In this document: piece after piece, positions 1 to 13,460 of the stretch | Position numbering within the stretch: the first letter of the stretch is position 1 | Layout: each line of letters begins with the position of its first letter | Program-made: the position numbers and the translations under genes | Assembly: GCF_001194135.2 (NCBI RefSeq) | Contig: NC_068998.1 | Coordinates: 823,964-887,963, forward strand | Direction of reading: 5' to 3' | Origin: Octopus bimaculoides | Lineage: Eukaryota | DNA: 64,000 bases | The notes under the pieces: generated by a model | What the model was told of the DNA's origin: nothing | Databases searched by the model: none | What the model saw: only the letters and a program-made list of their open reading frames with translations

Positions 1-152
1 TTCTTTTTTCTTTTTCTTCTTTTTTTTTCGCTCAGTCCGTATGAGTAGATTCCAAGTCTTCCGAAATTATTTGTAAAAGTGAAAGTTTGGTTAAATCCTA
101 GTTTCATGGAGCAATTATTCTTTCTTTAACAAGTGACTTGAAAACAACACCA

Positions 153-185
<33 letters not shown>

Positions 186-187
<2 letters not shown>

Positions 188-401
188 TCCTTTCTGTTGA
201 AGGCACAGGGCCTTGAAATTTGGGGGGAGGAAGCTAGTCAATTACATCGATCCTAGTGTTTCACTGGTACTTAATTTATCGACCCCGAAAGGATGAAAGA
301 CAAAGCCAGCCTCGGCGGAATTTGAACTCAGAACATAGTGATGGGTGAAATACCGCTAAGTATTTCGCCCGGGTGCTAACGATTCTGCCAGCTCGCTGCC
401 T

Positions 402-402
<1 letters not shown>
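186..402 (-). mobile_element. tRNA-derived SINE, family A (AAGGCGGCGAGCTGGCAGAA head; CTTTCATCCTTTCGGGGTCGATAAA central domain)
   Basis: A/B-box-like head (GAGTTCAAATTCC). Homologous copies at 21644, 30129, 34443, 52065, 59882 and 63400. Flanked on both sides by (AAT)n. Confidence 0.85.
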
Positions 403-438
<36 letters not shown>

Positions 439-2661
439 TTAGCAACAAACAGCTCAGAACAAAAATAACAAATAAAAGATCCCTAAATAGATGGGCAAAG
501 CACACAGGGTATTCAAAGGCATACCCCACCCATCTCTGATTACCATGACACACCAAAGCACGGGCCGTCTCTAAGTTCCTGTAACTTGCCGACAGCTGCA
601 GCGCCTCCTTCTCTACCGTCACCTTTCTCTTTAAGTGGCGCCTCTAAAAGCTGATGACGGTTTGTTCAGAGAGAAAAGCCTCTGCCCTCAAACCTTTCAA
701 ATGTGTCCCCTAAACAAACTTTTCGTCATTATAGCCACCAGGAAATGGAATACAAACAACTTTTCCTTGGTGGAGATCTCAACGATAGACTCGGCTGACA
801 ATTGCATCCGTTCCTCATGTGATGACGACGGCTGCTTAACATAAACCCAGAAATCAACAATGCATGGACGCTGAATGTATACCAGATAATTTCGTAACAT
901 TATGGCCATCTCAGAAAAGTTCGATAGCTGGTGGCTCCAGCTCGAGTTTGTCCTGGGGAGGCTGCACCAAACAATGTTGGAAATTGCCCATTATCCCTGA
1001 CATATTCTAGTTGGCACCCAAAATTAATCCTCAACATTTGCCGTTCTATTTTCTCCATTAACTATCTCTAAAATATGACGGTTGACATTTTACTGATCCG
1101 TTGACCATCTGGTAGAGTGCAGTGAGAGCCTGGCTTAAACTTGGTATGTGCTTAATCGAGGGTTGAGGTTTGGTGAAAAAAAAAGAGTGTCGTGCAAACA
1201 GAGACCACATCACTTCAACGCGGTCATCATCCGCGAATCTCCGTAGATGTATCAGCTTCATTGTGTTCCTACGTCAACATCCTACGTCAGCATCCCTTGA
1301 AGTGGGTTTTCGCAACCGATGGATCTTCTGATCAGCAGAACATATCGCATCCAGGAGAAGCGAAGATGCATAAACATTAAAAATATCGATACTACGATGC
1401 CTAAATTCTGGCAGAAGGCTTCAAGAAAACATCAAAATGCAGAAATATGGGAATTGAATAATCCAGTTGTAGATTATTAAGGTGACTACAGTATCAATAA
1501 CAATTAAATTACTAAAGACTGCCTGGTTATTTCAAGAGTTCATTTCGTTTAGTACAACCTTACACACTGAGCAGTGTCTTATAATCATCCGTTTTAAGCC
1601 ATTTTGCAGTTTGAAGTAAACACAGAAACGAATGTAACAATTGCGGAAATAAAACGTTGTCAGTAATCGCGTCCTGTGCCTTTTTAGGCGTGCGTGTGCA
1701 TGCATGTGCGAGCGTGTGTGTATGTGTGTGTGCGTGTGTGAATGCTTATATATATATATATATATGTGTGAGTGTGTATGTGTATGTGTGAGTGTTTATA
1801 TGTGTGTGTGAGTGTGTATTATGTGTATGTGTGTGTATGTGTGTGTGTATGTGTGTGCGTGTGTGCATGTGTGTGTGTGTGTGTGTGTGTGCAGGCGTGC
1901 AAAAGAGAGTAGTGGGAGCGTTTCATACCGTTTCTCTCAGTTGTGTTTCTGGCAATAACTTCGATCACAGCGTTAGTGGAATATCCAGATGTTTTCTTGA
2001 ATACATTTATGTCAATTTCTTGCAGATTACTCGGTTTTCTTTGGCCAGATATTGATAATCCGCGGCCCTTTAAACTCTAAACTATTGCAGTACATGGCCC
2101 TCACTGGTTCAAACCATTGGCACTATATAATGGCCACTAATTCAGCGATTAGTATTGCACTGAACACCAAAGTTTAGTGTTCGAGCTTCAACGGTCTTCC
2201 TTATAGAAACCACTGCATATTTTTCCTGTCTTCGCTCCAGAAAGTAAGGTCTTAGTGCTTTCCATCTCTCCCAATTGCTCAGCTGTTGTATTGATGTTAA
2301 TCTTTTCAGTAACAAACATTGCTCCTAGATCTGCCTTTAGGTGCACACTGACCAGTAACCATAGTTGTGAGCTGTAATCCGGATGGCTGAGTACAAATGT
2401 TCACAAAACCAGAAAAGTTTCTTGTTTTTTCACAGAATCCATTCGGCCGCTCGTTCGCACATCGTTGCCGTTTTAGTAATGAAATGATGCCTCATTAATT
2501 ATGTTGACCCACCCCACCCAAGACCACGCATTAGCATTCTTATGTGTGTATGCATAGATAGATATATATATGCATATACACACAAATATATATTTACATA
2601 TAAATACATACATACACATGCATACATACACACATACATAGTAATACACATATGTGTATGT

Positions 2662-2693
<32 letters not shown>

Positions 2694-3003
2694 GAAGTGC
2701 ATTGCCACTTAAGTGTGGCTGACCCCTAGGGGTGGATGTTACTGTTGCTTTGGGGCTAAAGCAACAGTAANNNNNNNNNNNNNNNNNNNNNNNNNNNNNN
2801 NNNNNNNNNNNNNNNNNNNNNNNNNNNNNNNNNNNNNNNNNNNNNNNNNNNNNNNNNNNNNNNNNNNNNNNNNNNNNNNNNNNNNNNNNNNNNNNNNNNN
2901 NNNNNNNNNNNNNNNNNNNNNNNNNNNNNNNNNNNNNNNNNNNNNNNNNNNNNNNNNNNNNNNNNNNNNNNNNNNNNNNNNNNNNNNNNNNNNNNNNNNN
3001 NNN

Positions 3004-3041
<38 letters not shown>

Positions 3042-3160
3042 AAGATTCACCAGCAACATTGAAGGAACACACTTACACTACGTACGCATGCCCATTCCCA
3101 ATCTCATTCGCAAACACAACTGAAAGCAAAATAAAGTTGACCAAAATGTATATCGATGGT

Positions 3161-3490
3161 GTGACATTAAATGTGTGTGACATAAGTGACATTAAATGTG
3201 TGTGACATAAGTGACATTAAATGTGTGTGACAGAAGTGACATTAAATGTGTGACATCAAATATGTGACATAAATGGAATGCGACATTAGAAGTGTGTGAC
3301 ATTAAATGAATGAGATATTAAGAGAATGACATTAAGACAATATGACATCGAATGTGTGTGGCATTGAAATCTTGATGTTAAATGTATGGCATCAAATATG
3401 TGACATAAAATGTGTGACATAAAATGTGTGACATTGTGTGTGACAGTAAATGCTGGACATTGAATGTATTAGGCATATATGTGACATGAA
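3161..3490. repeat. 25-bp minisatellite (GTGACATTAAATGTGTGTGACATAA), degenerating distally
   Basis: Near-perfect units at 3161, 3186, 3211 and 3236, then decayed GTGACAT sub-repeats. Confidence 0.85.
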
Positions 3491-4678
3491 ATGTGAGTCT
3501 AAATACTGGAAGGTAAATATATGACTGTGCGATAGGAGACATTAGGTATATATATAGATATATGACAATACCTTCAACCTCGTCCTTGTCAATGGTAGAC
3601 ATGCTTGGAAGAATTGAACTTGCTGCGCTCAAGTTAGTGTTGCTGTTGTTGGAATTGGTGAAGTTGGAAACTGGAAGTTTTTTTGCAAAGTGAACACACA
3701 GAGAGACGACAGTAGACTCCTCACAAGAAAATCACAGATTAAATTCTACCCCTCTCTTTTCCTTTCTCTTTACCCCCTCCTCTTTTCCTCTCGCCACTCC
3801 TCTCCTTCCCTTTCTCTCTCTCCACCCCTTTCCATTTCTTTCTCTCTTTTCCTCCACCCCTTCGTTCCTCTCTCTCTACCATTGTTTCTCTCTCTCTCTC
3901 TTTCTCTCCCCTCTCCCCTTTTCTTTCCTTCGTCCTTTCCTATTCTTTCTCTTCTCCAAAAAGCACAGAAAATTTCAGAGGAGGTTGCGTCTGGGAGAGA
4001 GAAGACAGGAAACACACACACACACATGCACACACACACACACATGCACACACACACACACATGCACACACACACTAAGTGATGATAGTGGTGGTGNNNN
4101 NNNNNNNNNNNNNNNNNNNNNNNNNNNNNNNNNNNNNNNNNNNNNNNNNNNNNNNNNNNNNNNNNNNNNNNNNNNNNNNNNNNNNNNNNNNNNNNNNNNN
4201 NNNNNNNNNNNNNNNNNNNNNNNNNNNNNNNNNNNNNNNNNNNNNNNNNNNNNNNNNNNNNNNNNNNNNNNNNNNNNNNNNNNNNNNNNNNNNNNNNNNN
4301 NNNNNNNNNNNNNNNNNNNNNNNNNNNNNNNNNNNNNNNNNNNNNNNNNNNNNNNNNNNNNNNNNNNNNNNNNNNNNNNNNNNNNNNNNNNNNNNNNNNN
4401 NNNNNNNNNNNNNNNNNNNNNNNNNNNNNNNNNNNNNNNNNNNNNNNNNNNNNNNNNNNNNNNNNNNNNNNNNNNNNNNNNNNNNNNNNNNNNNNNNNNN
4501 NNNNNNNNNNNNNNNNNNNNNNNNNAAGAAGAAGAAGAAGAAGAAGAAGAAGAAGAAGAAGAAGAAGAAGAAGAAGAAGAAGCTAGGCGTGAGTGTGTGT
4601 GTGTGTGTGTGTGTGTAATAATATTTGATATTAGTCGCTGGTTGAAGTGAATGAGTGGAAGGAGGAAGGAAGCTAGAC

Positions 4679-4719
<41 letters not shown>

Positions 4720-6834
4720 TGCATGCATGCATATATACACACACATGCTTGTATACACATAGATAATGCATAGAGACAAACGTATATAAACATCCGTATC
4801 TTTAAACACCATGAACAAAGAGGAGAGAGAGAAAGACAGACAGACAGACAGACAGAGACAGAGATAGAGACTGAGCGTGAGAGGAGGAGGAGGAGGAGGA
4901 GAAGACGATTACTGATAATGAAAGAGTGGGAGTGAGACCGGGAGTGGGTGAGTCAGTGAAAGGTGGGGCATCTCATAATGTTGGGGGAGGAGAGGGCAGG
5001 GGTGAGATAGGGATACGGAGGGGGGTGTAAAATGCGGAAGAACGGAGATATGTGTGTGTGTGCGTGTGTATGTGAATGAATGCGTGTGGGTGTGAATGTC
5101 TATACATATGTAGAAATATATGCGTGTGTACATATATGTATATGTACGGATTCTTTTATTCTTCCAGTTACTGAGCTAAGGCCATGCTGGAGCATCCGTT
5201 CCAGTTGTTTATCCCGGTAATCGAACTCCAGTCGCTATGTGTGTTGGGTTGGTAATTTTATCGAACTCCATTTTACAGGGCATACAAAGACACAATATAA
5301 ACGCATACATATACACACACTTTCACACACATACACACGTACACACACACACTCATGTAGGTGGATGCACAAGGTAGCAGGTTTCAACACAGTTTCTGTC
5401 TACCGAATTCCACCAACCAGCTGTTGGTCAGCCCGAAGTTAGAAATAAAGGGACTGCACTGCGGGGTCGAACCCGTAAGCAGGTTGTGGACAAGCAACAG
5501 CTTTAACTACATAACTATGCCTGTACCTATGTATGTGTGTTTGTATGTACGTGTGTATTTGTGTATGTATGTATATGTGAGTGCATGTAAGTGTGCATGT
5601 GTCTATGTGTATATGTGTGTATGTATGTATGTGTGCATGTGTGTGTGTGTGTGTGTGTGTGTGCGTTAGCGCAGGCGTGATTGTATGGTAATAAGCTTGC
5701 TTCCCAATCACATGGTTCTGAGTATCTTCTATTTTAGCTCTGGGTCAGCCAAGGCCTTGCGAGTGGATTTGCTAGACGGAACACACACACACACACACAC
5801 ACACATGTGTGCATATATATATATATANNNNNNNNNNNNNNNNNNNNNNNNNNNNNNNNNNNNNNNNNNNNNNNNNNNNNNNNNNNNNNNNNNNNNNNNN
5901 NNNNNNNNNNNNNNNNNNNNNNNNNNNNNNNNNNNNNNNNNNNNNNNNNNNNNNNNNNNNNNNNNNNNNNNNNNNNNNNNNNNNNAAGTGAGTTATTCGG
6001 CAAACGAGACCGATAGAGAAGGTAGCAGGCGTAGAAAAGAATAACTACTAGGTCGATTCGTTCGACTAAAATTCTTCAACGGCCCCAGCATGGCCGCAGC
6101 GTAATGACTGATAGTAGTAAAAGTAAAAGAAGACATAAATACATATATATATATGTATATATATATATATGGGAGAATTCACGAAAAAACAACAGACGAA
6201 GACAGGTGATGTAAACAACAAATGGATGTTTTAGTATAACGCTCGGGAATAGAGAATGTCTTTAACGTTTCGAGCCTACGCTCTTCAACAGAAAGGAACG
6301 CAGAAAGAAACAAGGAGAGAAACAAGAAGAGAAAAAAAATGTATAGTGGTCAGCGATCTATCATGGCGAATGCCGAATAGAAGGATCACACAGGAGAGTT
6401 AAGAAGAAGGGGGAGATAACAAAGAAGTAGTGATCCCAAAACGAAGGTGCGTGTGTGTGAGAGAATGCTGGTGATCTTAACGTATGCATGTGTGTAAAGT
6501 TATATATTAGAGATGTGATTACTCAAGTTTCTCGGTCCCAATCTCCGGACGGTTATCGAAAATGGAACATAAAAATAGGTCACGCTAGACGTGCATTGGG
6601 AATGGTAGAGTACAAACAGTAGGGAATGGTGTACAAAAGGCAGACAGACGGAATTTTGGACTATTATAACTAGCGTTGATTGAATAAATGGGAGCAAAAT
6701 CGTTGACGAATTAACAAAGATTTGAAAAATAGGGAGAGGGTTTCAGTTGGGGCAGAGAAGGTAAGTTTTTATAAAAGGGCAGAAAATAGATTGAAAAAAT
6801 ATGGAAAAAATGTGTAGACATGTTCAAGAATACA

Positions 6835-6877
<43 letters not shown>

Positions 6878-6885
6878 GTATGTGC

Positions 6886-6924
<39 letters not shown>

Positions 6925-7353
6925 CATACAGGTATGTTATATATGTGTGCGTATGTATGCGTGTATACGCGTATATATGCCTGTGTGTGAATGTGTAAAT
7001 GTATGTATTTATGTTTGTATATATGTGTGTATGTATATGCATGCGTATGTGTATATAAGGTGGAAGTAGTATGCGATAAGATTGAAGATAAAGAAAGTAG
7101 GAAGTGAAATGGAATTTCGCTAACGTGACAGACTAAAGTAGAAGAAGAAGAAGAAGAAGAAGGAGAAGAAGAAGAAGAAGAAGAAGAAGAAGAAGAAGAA
7201 GAAGAAGAAGAAGAAGAAGAAGAAGGCGGAACGAAACTCTACGTGTCTGACTGATATGAGCATGCGCAAGGTCAGTCTCACCTATCACAGCCACCACAAC
7301 CACCATCAGCAACAGCAGCATGTCTATCACACCAATATCCATACACACACACT

Positions 7354-7408
<55 letters not shown>

Positions 7409-7554
7409 CTATACATTTATATGCAAGGTGCAGGTATGCAAACATAGGTGTGTTAGTTGTTATTAACAGACGCACTGAGGTATGTGTGTATACATTAATG
7501 TATATACTTGCATGTATATATATATATATATATATCTGTGTGTGTATGTGTATG

Positions 7555-7586
<32 letters not shown>

Positions 7587-9429
7587 CATATATACATATA
7601 TACATATATATATATATATANNNNNNNNNNNNNNNNNNNNNNNNNNNNNNNNNNNNNNNNNNNNNNNNNNNNNNNNNNNNNNNNNNNNNNNNNNNNNNNN
7701 NNNNNNNNNNNNNNNNNNNNNNNNNNNNNNNNNNNNNNNNNNNNNNNNNNNNNNNNNNNNNNNNNNNNNNNNNNNNNNNNNNNNNNNNNNNNNNNNNNNN
7801 NNNNNNNNNNNNGCGTGTATGTGCGCATGTATGACCGAATGTGTGTGTGTGTGTGTGTGTTTGCGCTTCACGTAAATTATGAAGTTTAAAAAGGAAGAAA
7901 AAAAAAACAGTTGAGACGGAAAAGGAATATTTATAGCTAGGTTCAAGACCTAGACATTCCATGGAAGAAGATAACATTTGATAAACAAACAAACAAACGC
8001 AAAATAGTTCAAGGAAGAAAGTAGGAAAACAGACTCGCGAATATATTAAAAAGGGCGGGAAGTTATGAGAAGCGGTGGAGCGCTCTACGAGATACTTGAT
8101 ATAGTATTTTGTTTCGTTCATATTGTAGCTTGAGTTGTTGTTTTTTTATATCACTGTAGACTTTTGTAGTTTAAAATTTTTACTGCTGCTGTTGTTGCTG
8201 TTGTGTAACCCTAGGTCAGCCTATGGTCAGAGTATTTTGTTATTTAGAGAAAGGTGTGTGTGTCTCGATGGTCATAGCCGTTGGTGGGTATAATCTATCC
8301 GGCTTGCTCCGACAGTTTCCATTGCTGGGGTAGAGTCCATCTTGTCCAAGATGCCACTCCCTGAGATTGAACCCGACTCTACCTGGTTATGAAAAGAATA
8401 TTTCAACCATGCGACAATAAATTTAATGTTAAATTTAATTTTTTTCTCATTATTTTTAAAGAACTTTTCTCGTCTTCTGAGGTAGCTGACCTCATAAAAC
8501 ACTTTTTGTTTTCGGTCCCAAACAACAGCATCAAGTTTATAGTGTTGGCAATTAAACAGATAATTTAATGGGAATGTTCCGCTAATTCCTTATGCTGTAA
8601 GAGACGGATATCCTTTCCTATACTTTTTTGCGGATGGTACTCTCTACTGTTTTATCAACAACATCATGTCACTTACAAAAGTAATACCATAACGACGTCT
8701 GGTGGTGGAGGAGGGAACTGCTGGACCAGTTATTTAATTTCTTCCACGGGCAAATGACATAAGCGACATTTTCAGTTGTATTAAGGTTTTACTCTCAATT
8801 TTCTTCGACATGTATCTTTGGTTGCTCACACTTGCCCAGCTTTTATAACCTTTGCGATAGCGATATATTCTCTAAACCGTTTTATGCAACCTTTATTGCA
8901 TCCATTCTTCAATTGTAAAGAATAAAATTACAATTTCTTTCTTTTTTTTTTTCTTTTATTTCTTTGTTCAGCGTATACAGTTGACTAACCAACCAAAATT
9001 CTTTCTCGAATGGAATATTTCGTAGAGAAACGTCCCTTCTCACCGTATGAGACTTTAATTCCAAGCGGGATTTTCTTTTATTTTTGTGGCTTTTATTTGA
9101 ACTTGTATTTCCGAATTCAATGCCCAGTCGTTCCAAATTCATTAATAATTATTGAAACATAAATGTAGTTTGCTCTACATTAGCAACACAGCAACCGATT
9201 TGGACAGCGCAATGCAATCAGAATTCTTTTGAACTGAAAGTAGACAGAGCAAAGCGGCGGACATCAACCCCACTGTAACTCTGTAGCAAACCAACAGCAA
9301 AACAGTAACCTTGTGGTAAGATATCGATCTATTATCAATATAGCAACTTAATAATAATGTAATAAGTTTTAGCGATGTGGCAAATCTTTGGCAATATATA
9401 AACATTATACAAACAATAAATGAACAATA

Positions 9430-9760
9430 CAAAACTAATGTAACAAACCGTTCTTAACACATCAATTCTATAAAAGCATAAAAACCACATAGTAGCATAG
9501 CAGCATAGCAACCATATAGCAAAAACATAGCAACCACATAGCAACACCATAGCAGCCATATAGCAGCAAAATAGTGACCATATAGCAGCAACATAACAAC
9601 TATATTGCAACATAGCAACTATATAGCAAGATAAGAACCATATTAGAACAACATATCAACCATACAGCAACAGCATAGCAATCATATAGCAGCAACATGG
9701 GAACCATATTGCAACATATTGCAAAGTAGTTAGTAAATTCATAGCAAAACAGCGTGGTGC
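9430..9760. repeat. Degenerate low-complexity tandem repeat (GCAACCATATAGCAGCAACATA-like)
   Basis: Recurrent CATAGCA/CATATAGCA/GCAAC motifs. Confidence 0.7.
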
Positions 9761-10050
9761 TTGGGGATTATGTAAAATTGTGCATAAACATTGCACCAAA
9801 GTGGCAACAGCATTGGAAGTAATGTAATTCTGCTGTAAGGGGCGACATTTACTTACTGTTTACCATCTCCATGGCAACACCATAAATCTTTACCGACCAT
9901 CAGTAATGTAGGGGTGGCGGCGGGGTGGGGGAACAGAAGCATGTGGTGGTGGTGGTGGGGGGATACTGGTTACTTTTACATCGGAGTTCTTCTAACTGAA
10001 GCAAACCACGTTGAGCGGGTTAATATGAGCCACATGTTCCTGTATGTATA

Positions 10051-10085
<35 letters not shown>

Positions 10086-11051
10086 ATATGCATGCATACC
10101 TACATCCGTATATACCTACCTACATACGTTCATTCATTAATACACACATACATGCACGCAAGTGTGATTCATGTAGCTATATCCTCAGCCAATATATATA
10201 TATACATATANNNNNNNNNNNNNNNNNNNNNNNNNNNNNNNNNNNNNNNNNNNNNNNNNNNNNNNNNNNNNNNNNNNNNNNNNNNNNNNNNNNNNNNNNN
10301 NNNNNNNNNNNNNNNNNNNNNNNNNNNNNNNNNNNNNNNNNNNNNNNNNNNNNNNNNNNNNNNNNNNNNNNNNNNNNNNNNNNNNNNNNNNNNNNNNNNN
10401 NNNNNNNNNNNNNNNNNNNNNNNNNNNNNNNNNNNNNNNNNNNNNNNNNNNNNNNNNNNNNNNNNNNNNNNNNNNNNNNNNNNNNNNNNNNNNNNNNNNN
10501 NNNNNNNNNNNNNNNNNNNNNNNNNNNNNNNNNNNNNNNNNNNNNNNNNNNNNNNNNNNNNNNNNNNNNNNNNNNNNNNNNNNNNNNNNNNNNNNNNNNN
10601 NNNNNNNNNNNNNNNNNNNNNNNNNNNNNNNNNNNNNNNNNNNNNNNNNNNNNNNNNNNNNNNNNNNNNNNNNNNNNNNNNNNNNNNNNNNNNNNNNNNN
10701 NNNNNNNNNNNNNNNNNNNNNNNNNNNNNNNNNNNNNNNNNNNNNNNNNNNNNNNNNNNNNNNNNNNNNNNNNNNNNNNNNNNNNNNNNNNNNNNNNNNN
10801 NNNNNNNNNNNNNNNNNNNNNNNNNNNNNNNNNNNNNNNNNNNNNNNNNNNNNNNNNNNNNNNNNNNNNNNNNNNNNNNNNNNNNNNNNNNNNNNNNNNN
10901 NNNNNNNNNNNNNNNNNNNNNNNNNNNNNNNNNNNNNNCCTGTCCCCCCCTCTCTCTCTGTACCTGCCTCTCTCTTGATTAACGTTGTCCACCTTAGCAT
11001 TCTTGATATTGATGTGCTTATTGTTTACTTGATCTTCCTTCTCGTCCTCTC

Positions 11052-11082
<31 letters not shown>

Positions 11083-11138
11083 ATTTTCTTCTTCTGTTTT
11101 TTCTTTTTCATCGTCCTCATCGTCGTCTTTGTGTTGTG

Positions 11139-11183
<45 letters not shown>

Positions 11184-11199
11184 GTTGTTGTTGTTGTTG

Positions 11200-11745
11200 T
11201 TGCCTTTGCACAGCTTCAAACGCTGGAGATGTACTACAGTGTCTGTTGTTCACTACCAGTGAACTAATTTTTCTGTCATTTCTTTCTCCATCAATTCATC
11301 TATTTCCAAAACCCCCAAAATCTTCTATCTGTTTCATAACATCCCGCGACGGTATCGTTAGCCCGTCCATACATTTGATTTTGCCTCTCTTCAAGACTAA
11401 CACACCACACCTTTCACAGTCCGAATTCCATTCTGATATCAGCACTGAAGGTAAACACCATATAAACGAGGAACCTGACTTGGGCTTCATCTTTACCGTA
11501 AAGTTTGAGGTCATCCATGGATAACAAATGGTCGACTTTTTGTTGGCAGCTTTTGAATACAGACCCAGCTTTTGCTTTCCTCAGAATCAGTGTTAGTGGT
11601 ATCAAGCACAGTACAAAGATCAGTGGGGACAGGCAGTCCCCTTGGAAGATGCCCCTCCTAATTTCTACTGTCCCTAAACTTCTTCCGTATGCTGTCAGGA
11701 CTCCATTTTCTTTCCAGATGTTCTTACATTGACTCTGCAAGTATT
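11200..11745 (-). mobile_element. R4/Dong-like (RLE-type) non-LTR retrotransposon: RT fragment fused to its 3' tail
   Basis: Minus-strand translation gives VEIRRGIFQGDCLSPLIFVLCLIPL...HLLSMDDLKLYGK...IRMEFG, then frameshifted ERCGVLVLKRGK. The 3' tail (CACTGGTAGTGAAC...CTCCAGCG) matches the one at 30760-30813 and ends in (AAC/AAT)n. Confidence 0.85.
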
Positions 11746-11847
11746 CCAGTCAATAGCTTCCACATCAGTGGCAAACAGGATATCGGTTATCAGGCGATGG
11801 TGAGGGACGAATACACGCACACACACACACACACACACAGATATATA

Positions 11848-12010
11848 CGTGACAGGCTTCTTTCTGTTTCCGTCTACCAAATTCATTCACAAGAGCTCTG
11901 GTCCGCCCGAGGCTATAGTAAAAGACACTTGCCCCAGGTGCCATGCAGTGAGACTGAACTCGGAACAACGTGGCTGGGTGCACACTTCTTGCCACACAGC
12001 CACGCCTGCA
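11848..12010 (-). mobile_element. tRNA-derived CORE-like SINE, family B
   Basis: Reverse complement carries GCACCTGGGGCAAGTGTCTTTTACTATAGCCTCGGGCGGACC...GGTAGACGGAAAC. Related copies at 5350, 5668, 33752, 50085 and 53737. Confidence 0.8.
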
Positions 12011-12112
12011 CTTGTGTTTACAGCAAATTTAATTATCGATATTTTATATTTCATTTTATTTTTACTGGAAATCAGAAAAAAAGATATGCAATTCACCTTA
12101 ATTGACTTTTTG

Positions 12113-12155
<43 letters not shown>

Positions 12156-12495
12156 CATGTATATATATATGTAAGGCAAATAACCGAATTATGCAATTAT
12201 CCGGTATGCAGTTAAACAGATTCGCCCGTAGTGAAGCAGCAGCGGAAGTTATTACTTTATATGTTTCTATGGTAACAGCTTGAACTAGACACTCCGTCTT
12301 TATCTCAATGAATTCTGACATCTGACCTGTATTCAAACACGATGCTTATTTAATCCCAAACAGCTGCCACGCTCCACTAAACACAGATAGAAACATATCT
12401 GTAACCACTTCTATGTAGTCACTGTTTGACAGAAATAGCAGCCAAACTTTCCCAACTCGGGGGATGGACACAGACAGTGCAATCTTTAGATGGCT

Positions 12496-12520
12496 AACTA
12501 GCTAGCTAGCTAGCTAGATT

Positions 12521-12570
<50 letters not shown>

Positions 12571-12585
12571 TATATATATATATAT

Positions 12586-12633
<48 letters not shown>

Positions 12634-12672
12634 GCAGATAGACAGATAGATAGACAGATAGATAGACAGATG
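12496..12672. repeat. Compound tetranucleotide microsatellite (GCTA)(GACA)(TA)(GATA)
   Basis: Directly visible. Representative of the many CA, TA, GA, AAT, GAA, CAT, TATG and GATA microsatellites in the window. Confidence 0.95.
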
Positions 12673-13059
12673 TCCCTGTTTGTCAGGACGTGACCGCGTA
12701 CCTGCTTCTGGAAAGTTTCGTCCCAGGGACCAAGTGTGTTTCATGTTTGTAAAAGACCGATGACCATAAGTCGTTTATGTAAGAAGCCGCATCTCTCCTT
12801 GTCACTGATGTTGTTCCGGAGAATAAACAATAAAGAACGATTAAGTATGACACCAGTGTCGTCGCAGACAATTCCAGAATGTAAAAGAACGGAACTGATG
12901 CTACAAAACATTTCAACGGATGGGTTTTTTTTTTCTTTTCCAATTCAAGTTACCACACTGCAATTGTTCTTCGTTTACAAACAGATCTTTCAAATGTAGA
13001 ACTTATCGACCTACAAGCAGGCAAGAATCTCAGAGGAAACGAAAAATTGGAAACGGAAA

Positions 13060-13460
13060 ACTATGAAGAGGAACATGAGAGATCACCTCTAGTTTTCGGT
13101 TCTCTGCAAAACAATCAGACAGAAATTAAGAAATGACTTCGAGAATTATATATTGAGGAAGCTGATTAAGTTGAGGAAAAGTCTAAAAAGATGCCAGAGA
13201 GAACTGGCACTCGAGATGAAAGAATTTCGAATAAGGATGGGCTCACACTGACAGACAAAGCGGAGATGGAAGAAGCATGCAAAACCTTCTTAACCAACTT
13301 TTTAAAATCGTCAGTGAAGTTCGATCCTTCGCTGCCACAGATGTTGGATGAAGTGCCATATATTCTGGTCAGTGAAATATTCTCTTGCTGATGGAAGCAG
13401 ACAAAGCTCCAAAGGAAGACGGCATCACAACGGAGCTGTTAAGGTGAAGAACTGTAAAAA
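13060..13460 (+). mobile_element. RTE-like LINE ORF2 fragment (linker before RT), truncated by assembly gap
   Basis: ISNKDGLTLTDKAEMEE...DEVPYILVSEI and DKAPKEDGITTELLR (KAPGxDGI-type motif), with stops and frameshifts. Confidence 0.6.

Noticed and set aside
480-1380. Possible Tx1/L1-like LINE remnant on the minus strand (LKRKVTVEKE..., MKLIHLRRFADDDRVEVMWSLFARH...)
   Set aside because: The resemblance is impressionistic and I could not find a diagnostic RT or endonuclease motif. It needs a repeat-library search.
6170-6800. Possible Penelope-like repeat (ACGTTTCGAGCCTACGCTCTTC signature)
   Set aside because: It looks like an interspersed repeat, but I could not read an RT or GIY-YIG peptide, so the class is unsupported.
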